This document shows, piece after piece, positions 55,607 to 63,857 of a stretch of 64,000 nucleotides of DNA. The DNA lies in NCBI GenBank assembly GCA_026388655.1, contig JAPLJI010000141.1:5890-69889 (forward strand). Reading direction: 5' to 3'. Made by a program: the position numbers and the translations under genes. Every line of letters starts with the position of its first letter. Position 1 is the first letter of the stretch. Below the pieces are notes generated by a model that searched no databases, was not told the origin of the DNA, and saw only the letters and a list, made by a program, of their open reading frames with translations. The stretch comes from Pseudomonadota bacterium (GTDB lineage Bacteria > Desulfobacterota > JAPLJL01).

Positions 55607-57352
55607 ATGAAACGTCTTTCTTTAAAATTTATTTTACTCCTTTTGGTGGTTGCTTTGATTCCTATTATTTTATTCGGGGCCATTTCGATTTACTCCTCCT
55701 TAAGGGTGACTTACCAAAGGGTCATGCAGGGGAATCAAAACGTGACCAGACGGGCCGCCAGTGAGATAGAAACCTATCTGAAAAACTCGATTGATACGAT
55801 GAGAACCCTGGCTGATAACCTGAGCAACGTAAATCTAAATTCCGCGCAAAAAGAAAGGATTATTAAAAATTATGTTATAGATTACGGGAGGTTGGAAGAA
55901 GTTTTGTTGATCGATCAAGAAACGAATGAAAGGATATCCACCCGTCCGGAAACGGATTTTAAAACGATTTTAGATTCGGATGAATTCAAGATCTCGGCGG
56001 GAGGGAAGATATCCCTCTCCGACATAATCATCTCGTCTTCCCTGGCCCCGACAATGAAGATCTTGGTTCCGATTTTCCATCTCGGTAAAGTGCGGGGCGC
56101 GTTAATCGGGAATTTCAATCTCATTGATATGTGGAGTCTGGTTGATTCGATCAAGATCGGGAACACCGGTTTCGCCTATGTGGTTACCGATTCCGGGCGG
56201 TTGATCGCCCATGGAAACGATAACCGCAAAGCGGATGTTCTTCGAGGGATTAACATTGCCGGCCTGCCGCCGGTCAAATCGGTTCTCCAGGGGGATTCCC
56301 GGCCGGTTATATACCGAGAAAAAGGGGGGACAAAGTCGTTGTCGGTGGCGTCTCCGGTTATTCTCCCGGACGGTCGGAGATGGGGGGTGGTGATTGAGCA
56401 ATCCACCCGGGAAGCCTTCCGGGCCGCTTACCTCCTAGCCTTTGAATTGGCTGGACTGGTTATAGTGTTCCTGGTGTTGATGAGCCTGGTCGGATATTTC
56501 GGGGGAAAGGGTATTGCCAAGCCTCTGGGCGAACTTGTTTTCGCCACGGGAATGATCGCCCGGGGAGATTTGAATGTCCGCGTCCGGATAAAAAGTCGGG
56601 ACGAACTGGCCGATCTGGGTGATTCATTCAATAAAATGGCGGAAAAGCTCGGCGATCTTACCGAAGAGATTCGGAGAAAGGAGAGAGTGGCGACCTTCGG
56701 GCGGATTGCCGCCGGCCTGGTGCACGATCTCCGCCACCCGATTCAGAACATTCAAAATTCCTCTAACCTGATTGTTCAGAAACCGGATGATCCGCAAATC
56801 CGAAAGGTATTTAAAAATACCGTAGAGAGGGAGTTTACTAATATCAACGAATTTCTGGATCGCTTGCGAAATCTAACCAAACCCTCCCGGATTCAAATCG
56901 TTGAAATCGAGGTTAACGGGTTTTTATCCGAAATATTGAAAATATATCGCAATGATTCATCCTTGAATAAGCTGGAATGGATTGCGGAGCTCGAGCCGGA
57001 GAACCCCAGGATCAGGGCCGACCGTTTTGTTTTGGAACGGGCCTGTAAAAATATCCTCACCAACGCGATTGAAGCGGTCGGTGGGCAAGGGAAAATAAAG
57101 ATAACCACCAGAGTGGACAACCATTTGGTTTTTATAGAATTTTTAGATAGCGGCCCGGGTATTTCTCCTGAAAGACTAAAGAACATTTTTGAGGATTTCT
57201 CCACCACGAAACGGAGAGGATTAGGTCTCGGATTGGCCACGGCCAAAAAGCTGACCGAGGAAATTGGCGGACGGATCGGGATAGATAGTCAGCCAGGGCA
57301 AGGCACCAAGGCAAAGCTCATCTTTCCCGTCACAACCGACACCAACACTTAA
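55607..57352 (+). CDS. Sensor histidine kinase: TM, periplasmic Cache-like domain, TM, HAMP, NtrB/AtoS-type HisKA, HATPase
   Basis: Two TM segments flank a 260-aa periplasmic region. HAMP (PLGELVFATGMIARGDLNVRV), H-box FGRIAAGLVHDLRHPIQN, N-box NILTNAIEA and G-boxes DSGPGI and GLGLGLA follow. Confidence 0.85.
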   Translation: MKRLSLKFILLLLVVALIPIILFGAISIYSSLRVTYQRVMQGNQNVTRRAASEIETYLKNSIDTMRTLADNLSNVNLNSAQKERIIKNYVIDYGRLEEVLLIDQETNERISTRPETDFKTILDSDEFKISAGGKISLSDIIISSSLAPTMKILVPIFHLGKVRGALIGNFNLIDMWSLVDSIKIGNTGFAYVVTDSGRLIAHGNDNRKADVLRGINIAGLPPVKSVLQGDSRPVIYREKGGTKSLSVASPVILPDGRRWGVVIEQSTREAFRAAYLLAFELAGLVIVFLVLMSLVGYFGGKGIAKPLGELVFATGMIARGDLNVRVRIKSRDELADLGDSFNKMAEKLGDLTEEIRRKERVATFGRIAAGLVHDLRHPIQNIQNSSNLIVQKPDDPQIRKVFKNTVEREFTNINEFLDRLRNLTKPSRIQIVEIEVNGFLSEILKIYRNDSSLNKLEWIAELEPENPRIRADRFVLERACKNILTNAIEAVGGQGKIKITTRVDNHLVFIEFLDSGPGISPERLKNIFEDFSTTKRRGLGLGLATAKKLTEEIGGRIGIDSQPGQGTKAKLIFPVTTDTNT

Positions 57353-57585
57353 TTAATTTCGAGTTTCTGGTTTCACCTGCCCAAGCCGACGGATCAAGTC
57401 GGCCAGGAAATATCGAGCTAAAACCCACTCTTTTTTGAAGCTTTCCAGCCTTTTAGTTTTTACGCGTTTTTCTCCTTAATTGTTTTTTTCCCAAAGTAAC
57501 CGGTTTCCGGTTATTGGCTACTTGTAATGCCTCAACGATGCCATACGTGTTTAAATTTCGAGATCGCTGCCAAATCACTAAAAAT

Positions 57586-57684
57586 GTCATCCTGAGCGAT
57601 AGCGAAGGATCTGGTTTTTCTGAGTTTTCCAACGCAAAAAAAACGAGATTCTTCGCCCTTCGGCAGGCTCAGGGCTCAGAATGA
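57586..57684. repeat. REP1b composite, itself bracketed by a 13-nt inverted repeat (TGTAATGCCTCAA at 57523-57535 / TTGAGGCATTACA at 57708-57720)
   Basis: gtcatcctgagcgatagcgaaggatc ... ggctcagggctcagaatgac. The outer arms were read directly. Confidence 0.7.
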
Positions 57685-57755
57685 CAAAAAGAAAGTATGT
57701 CATTTGCTTGAGGCATTACAGCTACTGGCATCTTTTCTTGGTTTTTTACCATTCC

Positions 57756-57770
57756 TGGCACGGATTTTGC
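57756..57770 (+). promoter_or_regulatory. Sigma-54 promoter, perfect consensus TGGCACG-N4-TTGC
   Basis: ctGGCACGgattTTGCtt, 46 nt upstream of the ATG at 57816. Confidence 0.75.
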
Positions 57771-57815
57771 TTGGTAAATACAGAGGGCAACCATTTTTTA
57801 AGAAAGGGGCTTTAT

Positions 57816-58079
57816 ATGGCACGTATATTATCCAGAACAATCCGGCTGGGGCCTGAACTTTCAGGGCTTGAGGTCCGAACTTATTACCACCAGCTGGCTA
57901 ATGGGGAATCTTTTTTCAGCTCAGAGGCGGAGTTAAGCCCGGGGGACCGGATTGTGGTGGATGGTCGTTCGGCATCTCAGTCCGAGCGCCGTTTGCAGGG
58001 ATTGATTCCGGTCAGTCTTATCTGCCGGGAGGTGGAGGGGAGGAAAAATGGTTCAAAAACACCGCGTTCTAATGATTGA
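57816..58079 (+). CDS. Small hypothetical protein (87 aa), first gene behind the sigma-54 promoter
   Basis: MARILSRTIRLGPELSGLEVRTYYHQLANGESFF... with an AAAGGGG RBS. It overlaps the receiver gene by 32 nt. No domain recognised. Confidence 0.35.
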   Translation: MARILSRTIRLGPELSGLEVRTYYHQLANGESFFSSEAELSPGDRIVVDGRSASQSERRLQGLIPVSLICREVEGRKNGSKTPRSND

Positions 58080-58464
58080 TGACGACCAACTGATTCTCCG
58101 GGCCTTTTCCCGCCTGCTTAATGATGGGGATTATGAGCTCCTGACCGTTTCGGATGGAGAGGGAGCAATCAGGATTCTCCAAGAGAAACCGGTTTCGGTG
58201 GTTATTTCCGATGAGATCTTAACCAGCGACGAGGGTTCTCCGGTTCTGGAAGCCTTGATGTCGAAGCATTCGTGTACCCAGAGAATAATATTTACCGGGT
58301 GGCCCCGGGAGACACTTTGCTGGGAAAAGATCAAGGCTTGCAAGCCATTCGCCGTGGTGGCCAAGCCCGATATTGATAACCGGCTCCGGAAGGCCATCCG
58401 CGCGGCGATTAAAGAATACGAAAACAGTCCGCTCTTTAGCCGGGGAATTAATATTTATTATTAA
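58048..58464 (+). CDS. Stand-alone receiver-domain response regulator
   Basis: VLMIDDDQLILRAF, VVISDE (phospho-acceptor Asp), IIFTG and KP. A strong GGAGGGGAGG RBS is present. Confidence 0.75.
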   Translation: MVQKHRVLMIDDDQLILRAFSRLLNDGDYELLTVSDGEGAIRILQEKPVSVVISDEILTSDEGSPVLEALMSKHSCTQRIIFTGWPRETLCWEKIKACKPFAVVAKPDIDNRLRKAIRAAIKEYENSPLFSRGINIYY

Positions 58465-58466
58465 TA

Positions 58467-58516
58467 ATCCTGAGCATACCCCGAGCTTGGGACCGGTGAA
58501 GTCGAAGGGTTGACCG
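58467..58516. repeat. REP (atcctgagcataccccg...gaagtcgaagggttg), inverse copy of the element at 22625-22692
   Basis: Its reverse complement aligns with ccttcgacttc...ggggtatgctcagg at 22625. Confidence 0.7.
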
Positions 58517-58883
58517 TTTTATCTCCCGGTAATTACTGGGAAATCCACATCCCAAAATTACAATTCGGTTTCCGAAACCCGGGATTTTTTGTACATTTTT
58601 CACTTCTTCCTTGTGTTCTTATCCTAAAATCGATTTAATGGATCAAGCACTGCAATATGGTGACTTGACAAAGGTTAAATTTTATTTTAGCTTCTCCGAA
58701 AAAATCCAAGAATATTTTTATGTTTGATAATTTGGAATGGGAGGTGAAAATTAGATGAAGAAGATTTCGGGAAATCACAGCAATGCCTGGCCGCCTTAGG
58801 GATCGGAAATCGTATTTTTTTCCGCGGGAAGTTTTTTAGGAGCTTTAACGTTTTATTAACCAATTTGTAGGAGGGATTCAGAA

Positions 58884-59309
58884 ATGAAAAAGGTTATGTA
58901 TGTTTCTCTGGCTTTGGGATTAGCTCTGGCTTTTGCATGCGCGAAGAAACCCGGCACAATCGAAGGAAAAGCCACCCTGGATGGCGCCGCGGCCGGTAAT
59001 GCCGGGATCGCAATTTCCGTGGCGGGAACAACCCTGACTGCTACCACTGATGACGCGGGTGCTTACAAAATCGAAGGGGTAGTCGCCAGCCAGTACACCC
59101 TGGAAGCGAAGAAGGAAGGATACGATTCCAAGCCGTTGGTGGGTATCGTTGTCGAAGCGGGGAAAACCCTCAGCGGACAGGATATCAATCTTACCAAGAT
59201 CGTTCCTCCGGCTCCGGAAGGTGCCACCGCGCCGGCTGGCGCCACCGCTCCGATTGGCGCCCCTGCGGCTCCGGTTCCGGCCGCTCCGGCGAAGCCCGCT
59301 GGCAAATAA
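58884..59309 (+). CDS. Lipoprotein with carboxypeptidase-regulatory-like (CarboxypepD_reg) beta-sandwich and an Ala/Pro-rich tail
   Basis: Lipobox LAFAC, GKATLDG...AGIAISVAGTTLTATTDDAGAYKIEGV...YTLEAKKEGY, and tail PAPEGATAPAGATAPIGAPAAPVPAAPAKPAGK. Confidence 0.6.
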   Translation: MKKVMYVSLALGLALAFACAKKPGTIEGKATLDGAAAGNAGIAISVAGTTLTATTDDAGAYKIEGVVASQYTLEAKKEGYDSKPLVGIVVEAGKTLSGQDINLTKIVPPAPEGATAPAGATAPIGAPAAPVPAAPAKPAGK

Positions 59310-59347
59310 TACAATCCGCGCAAGCAATATTTTCCGAATTGATTATC

Positions 59348-59375
59348 AGGGCCCCGTTTCCGGGGCCCTTTTTTT
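59348..59375 (+). terminator. Intrinsic terminator
   Basis: AGGGCCCCG-tttc-CGGGGCCCT followed by a T-run. Confidence 0.75.
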
Positions 59376-59430
59376 ATCCCGAAAAAAGCATTTGAATCCA
59401 AATCACTGTTTTTCACGACCGGATCTTTTT

Positions 59431-59486
59431 GTAGTCTGCCGATTCATCGGCGGTTTTTAAAAGCGCCCGATAAATCGGGCGACTAC
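59431..59486. repeat. REP2 element
   Basis: gtagtctgccgattcatcggcggtttttaaaagcgcccgataaatcgggcgactac. Confidence 0.8.
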
Positions 59487-59567
59487 ATGACTACCTGGGA
59501 ATACCAACTGTATTTTTCGGGTTTACGGTGCGCCGGGCAGGCCACATTCAGCTATCAGTAACAAGCT

Positions 59568-60899
59568 TTATTTTTTTGATTCCATCCGCGGAAGAACCAC
59601 GTTATTGACGAACTGCGTGATCTGGTCCTGGATGGATTCCACCGGGGTGACCCGGGGGTCGAACATGTCGAACTCGAATACGAGCAGGGGCATCCCGATC
59701 TCCCGGGACTTTTCCTTAAGCAGGCCGAGCCCGCCCCAGGCGTGCTTGCAGGCGACATGGCCGGCGAAAATACCGAAGTCGGCTTTATATTCCCGGCAGA
59801 GGGTGAGGTAGTCGTTCAGGTACCATTCAATCGGTCCCTTGAATTGCCGGGACATCGGCATGACCCGGATGAAGCGGTGGGCTAGGCCCCGAATCATGCT
59901 TTCCCGGGAGCTGACATCAATCATGCCTTCCGGGGCGTGATAGCCGAAAAGGTCCATCGGGATAACCATTTTCAACTCGCTTTCCATCCAGTCGTAGAAT
60001 TGCAGGTCAAACCAGACCGGGTCCTGGTACCAGACCGCCCGGATTTTTTCGCCTTCCACCGCGGCCTCGCCCCGCTCGCTCCTTTCCCGGGCTTCCGCGG
60101 CCAGCTCCGCGGCGGTGACCACGCCGGTTTCGGTCCCGGCAAAGGTGATGAAAAGGGGCACCATCAGGCAGATGATCTTGGATATCTGCGGGCAGGGGAC
60201 CGCCTTCCGGAATTCATTCCAGGCCAGGAGGTTTTCACTCATCCGGTTCGCCCGCAGGCAGATTTCCCGGAAGCGCTCCCAGCTGAATTTCCTACCGGTA
60301 TGTTTTTCCAGGAAGGGAATGGCGTCCCGGATCTGCCGGGCCACATATTCAACTTCCCTTTCTCCATAAAGGTAAGGGATGTCGATCAGAAACATGGGGG
60401 CTTCCGCAATCTCGGCCACCGAGGGCAGGGCGGCCAGCTGGGAATCACAGGGGGTATTGACCCCCAGGATACAGGAAGGCTTCGGCATGATGCCTTTCAA
60501 GACCGCTCCCACCCCGGCCTTGTCCACCGAGCACACCTCGGGGGGGAGACCGTGGGCCTCGGCCCGGTCGATGTAATCCAGGGTGAAGTTGACGTCGCCG
60601 ACAATGTTCTGGAGGGCGGGATAGGCCTCGATCGGGATATTGTGAACGTCTTCCAGGGCGAGGATCAGCTCCGGACTCATTCCGAGGTTGTACCAGACCA
60701 CCGGCTGCTTATCGTCGAAGGGCCGGCAGAGATTCTCGACCAGCTGGGAGAAAGCCTTGAAGTAGGCGTTCAGGCCCCGCGAGGCGGGGTCTTCTTTGTA
60801 AATCTCGAGCATCCCCGTGATTCCTTCGTGGATTGCTTCCAGGTCCTCAAAGCGTTCTTTGCCGAGAATGGCCATTAGCACCCTCCGGGGAAATCCCAA
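59568..60899 (-). CDS. 2-hydroxyacyl-CoA dehydratase / benzoyl-CoA reductase subunit-family protein (HGD-D family), large subunit
   Basis: Family-typical layout with conserved Cys positions (GVNTPCDS, HVACKHAWG). It is clustered with a BcrAD/BadFG-type activator ATPase. The call is from memory of the family. Confidence 0.6.
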   Translation of the reverse strand: MGFPRRVLMAILGKERFEDLEAIHEGITGMLEIYKEDPASRGLNAYFKAFSQLVENLCRPFDDKQPVVWYNLGMSPELILALEDVHNIPIEAYPALQNIVGDVNFTLDYIDRAEAHGLPPEVCSVDKAGVGAVLKGIMPKPSCILGVNTPCDSQLAALPSVAEIAEAPMFLIDIPYLYGEREVEYVARQIRDAIPFLEKHTGRKFSWERFREICLRANRMSENLLAWNEFRKAVPCPQISKIICLMVPLFITFAGTETGVVTAAELAAEARERSERGEAAVEGEKIRAVWYQDPVWFDLQFYDWMESELKMVIPMDLFGYHAPEGMIDVSSRESMIRGLAHRFIRVMPMSRQFKGPIEWYLNDYLTLCREYKADFGIFAGHVACKHAWGGLGLLKEKSREIGMPLLVFEFDMFDPRVTPVESIQDQITQFVNNVVLPRMESKK

Positions 60900-61038
60900 T
60901 TAATAAATCCCAAATCCCAAACAAATCCCAAGCGCCAAATCCCAATAATTAAGCAATGACCAATAACCAAATCCCAATCACCAAACAATGACCAATGACC
61001 AAATTCCAAAGAACTTGAACCTTGAACTATGAACCTTA
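60900..61038. repeat. Intercistronic word repeat (aaatcccaa / caatgaccaa / gaaccttgaac)
   Basis: The words are the complement of the gggattt/ttgggatt words at 15843-15923 and 32100-32150. aaatcccaaacaaa also occurs at 42522. Confidence 0.65.
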
Positions 61039-61647
61039 TTAAGAAAGGATCAAATCCTGACGGCCCAGCTTTTTCAAATAAAGTTTATAGAACCCGTACA
61101 TCGGCCCCAGGATTTTCACCAGCTTGAGAATCTTGGGAATGGAGCCGCGGGCTACAATGTCTTTTTTGGTCAGGGCGATAGCCAGGTTGACCTTGCCGTT
61201 CCAGAATTTATTGGCGAAATCCGCTTTGAGACTGAAATCCGCCGAGGGTTTTCGGGTCTGGTCATTAATATATACCCCGATCGGGTTTTCGGTGGCGTCG
61301 ATGATAATCGAAAGGTCAGGTTCCCGGAGGTTGAAACGGAGGATCATCTGGGCGGACTGGAGAGTCTCCTCGACGAACTTGCCCTGTTTCAGGATTTCGG
61401 CCTCCGCCTGTTTGATCTGCTCGGGATTGCCGCCGGCGATATACCCCAGGTATTGCTGGATGAGTTTCTTGTCCCCGTCGGTCATGATCTCGAAAAATTC
61501 CTCCGCCAGGGAGTGGTTTTGCGGATCGGTCAGGACCCCGATGTAGGCGTCGATCAAACCGCGCTCTCCCTTGGGGATCATGACCGCTTCCCGGAAATAT
61601 CCTCCCAGGATCTTTTCCAGTTCCGGGGAATCCTTGAAGATGCTCAT
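61039..61647 (-). CDS. Hypothetical protein with SCP2 (sterol-carrier) like C-terminal domain
   Basis: ADFSLKADFANKFWNGKVNLAIALTKKDIVARGSIPKILKL resembles the SCP2 C-terminal helix pattern. It is embedded in the dehydratase cluster. Confidence 0.4.
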   Translation of the reverse strand: MSIFKDSPELEKILGGYFREAVMIPKGERGLIDAYIGVLTDPQNHSLAEEFFEIMTDGDKKLIQQYLGYIAGGNPEQIKQAEAEILKQGKFVEETLQSAQMILRFNLREPDLSIIIDATENPIGVYINDQTRKPSADFSLKADFANKFWNGKVNLAIALTKKDIVARGSIPKILKLVKILGPMYGFYKLYLKKLGRQDLILS

Positions 61648-61719
61648 GTTTTATCCTCCTTTCTTAAATAGATTCAGACGGATTATTCATCCGTTTGCAT
61701 CAGTTTTAATCCGTATGAA

Positions 61720-62565
61720 TCATTTGTTTACCTTTTCCGCGGCGATCACCGCCGCCCCTAAAGCGCCGATCAGCTGGGGGTCAAAATCCCCGGGCAGGGA
61801 TTTCAACTCGACCTCCAGTTTTTCCTCCAGGCATTTTATCACCCCGGGATTTTTCGCCACGCCCCCGGTGATCACCACTTCCGGGACGAGGCCGACCCGG
61901 CGGGCGATGGAGTTGATCCGGCTGGCCACCGAAAGATGCAGGCCTTTCACCACGCTGGCGAGAGGGGCGCCCTCGTTGATCAGGTTGATGACTTCGGACT
62001 CGGCGAAAACGCTGCACATGTGGCTGATGGTGACCGGTTCGCCCGTTTCGAAATGATGCCGGCCCAGATCGGACACCTTCAGGCCCAGGCTTCCGGCGAT
62101 GAAATCCAGGAAACGGCCGGTCCCGGCCGCGCATTTGTCGTTCACCCCGAAATCCTGAAGCCTGCCCTGGGCGTCCACGGAAATAACCTTGGTATCCTGG
62201 CCACCGATGTCGATGACGGTGCGCACGGTGGGAACCAGGAAATGGGCTCCCTTGCCATGGCAGGAGATCTCGGAAATGTTTTCGTTGGCAAAAGCCACCC
62301 GGGCCCGGCCGTAACCGGTCCCGACAATATGCCTGACCTCGTTTCGCTCGATCCGGGCTTCCTCCAAGGCTTTCCGGAACACCTCCTCGGCGGTTTTGGT
62401 GGGATTGGTCGAGCTCGGGCCGATAAAGGTTCCCGCGATCCGGTGGCCTTGGAGGATCACCGCCTTGCTGGTGGTGGAGCCGATGTCAACACCGGCCACA
62501 ATCACGGTTTCGGGTTTCGGGTTTCTAGTTTCGGGTTGAAGACTTGGAATTGAGCAATTTGTCAT
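61720..62565 (-). CDS. BcrAD/BadFG/HgdC-type activator ATPase (acetate/sugar kinase fold, bridging [4Fe-4S])
   Basis: AGVDIGSTTSKAVIL, DIGGQDTKVI, NDKCAAGTGRFL and ITGGVAKN. The first 20 codons come from a cccgaaac word repeat, so the true start may be the GTG at 62505. Confidence 0.8.
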   Translation of the reverse strand: MTNCSIPSLQPETRNPKPETVIVAGVDIGSTTSKAVILQGHRIAGTFIGPSSTNPTKTAEEVFRKALEEARIERNEVRHIVGTGYGRARVAFANENISEISCHGKGAHFLVPTVRTVIDIGGQDTKVISVDAQGRLQDFGVNDKCAAGTGRFLDFIAGSLGLKVSDLGRHHFETGEPVTISHMCSVFAESEVINLINEGAPLASVVKGLHLSVASRINSIARRVGLVPEVVITGGVAKNPGVIKCLEEKLEVELKSLPGDFDPQLIGALGAAVIAAEKVNK

Positions 62566-62695
62566 TGTCCGATTACTGGGATTTGGAATTTGCCATTGGG
62601 CCTCGCTCTCAGCTATCCGCTCTTATCTATTCGCTTTTTGTTTTTTGTCCGAGCTCTTTACCCCTTGCTCTCAGCTCCCTGCGCCTTGCCTTTTT

Positions 62696-63691
62696 TCACT
62701 TGCCCATGCTTTCCAGAAATGCCTGGACCCGGGTTTGGACCTGGCCTGAGGCGGGAACCAGGTATTCCCTGTCGAGGACCAAAATGGGGATCCCGGCTTT
62801 TTTCATCCGCCAGAACATATTGTGGGATTCGCCGGCCCAGATATCGCAGAACTTCATGCGCTGGAAAATGATCCCGTCCGCCTTGAAGCGGATGGCAAAG
62901 CAGACATCGTCCGCCACCACCTGGCCGCCCTGTTCCTCGATGTTCCGGATGAATTGCGGTTCGTCCAGCTCACCCCCGGCCACCACCAGCCGGGCGCGGG
63001 CGGGCTGGCCGCCGCCGGATTTTTTCAGGCCGGCTAGAAGGTCCTCCAGGAGGGGGATCAGGTCCCGTTCCGGGATGAGCTGGGAAGCCACCGAGACGGT
63101 CAGGGCTTCGGCGCCGGAAAGAGGGGCAGGATCCATTTTTCGGAGGTCCAGCAGTTCCTTGAGTAGAATCCGGGCCCGATTGTGGAGGGTAATGGCGGAA
63201 CTTAGCCCTTCCGGGGTGACCTTTTTCCCAAAATGATCTTCCAACGCTTTTTTCAGGCCTTCCATCTCCTCCTCGAACCAGAAGAGAACGCGGTCATCCT
63301 GAACTCTCGGGACCGAGATAAAGTATGAAAATTTTGGTTTGACCTTGATTTTCCAGAGGTCGAAACCCCGGCGGATATGATCACAGGAATTCAACGAAAC
63401 CACGCCATCCAGGAAATCGAGTTCCCCGGAAAGCGCCAGGGCGAGGCTATGACGGACAAAGGTGCAGAGGCGGGCGGAGAGATAGGCATCCGCCACGGAG
63501 GAATCCTTGCTGCCGGCGCCGCGGATCCGGTAGGGAAAAACCCCCAGGGCGGTGAACAACTCCTCCGGGATATAGGAACAGTAATATCCCACGATCTTGT
63601 TCCCCGAGTCCTTCCAGCGGGAGACATACCGGTTCATCGGACCGGATATGACCTGGCCGAATATCTCCAAGATTTCCTGTTTGTCTTTCAT
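62696..63691 (-). CDS. 2-hydroxyacyl-CoA dehydratase / benzoyl-CoA reductase subunit-family protein, small subunit
   Basis: YCSYIPEELFTALGVFPYRIRG, SARLCTFVRHSL and LNSCDHIRR are typical of the HgdA/BcrC/BadD family. Confidence 0.6.
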   Translation of the reverse strand: MKDKQEILEIFGQVISGPMNRYVSRWKDSGNKIVGYYCSYIPEELFTALGVFPYRIRGAGSKDSSVADAYLSARLCTFVRHSLALALSGELDFLDGVVSLNSCDHIRRGFDLWKIKVKPKFSYFISVPRVQDDRVLFWFEEEMEGLKKALEDHFGKKVTPEGLSSAITLHNRARILLKELLDLRKMDPAPLSGAEALTVSVASQLIPERDLIPLLEDLLAGLKKSGGGQPARARLVVAGGELDEPQFIRNIEEQGGQVVADDVCFAIRFKADGIIFQRMKFCDIWAGESHNMFWRMKKAGIPILVLDREYLVPASGQVQTRVQAFLESMGK

Positions 63692-63708
63692 GGCCTCCCT
63701 CGATTATT

Positions 63709-63857
63709 GAACTTGTAATTCCCCGTGGTCTGGCCACGGGGTTTCCTTGTTGCTGTCATTCCCGCGGCCTCCGGCCTGGAGGGGCCTACGCCCCGGAGGG
63801 AAGCGGGAATCCAGTTTTTTTCGAAAGTCTCTGGATCCCTGCTTTCGCAGGGATGAC
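63709..63857. repeat. Composite REP3 + REP1 element, sister of 55464-55582
   Basis: attgaacttgtaattccccgtggtctggccacggggtttcc is followed by gtcattcccgcgg...gcgggaatccag and ctggatccctgctttcgcagggatgac. A further REP3-like hairpin lies at 63883-63912. Confidence 0.75.
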
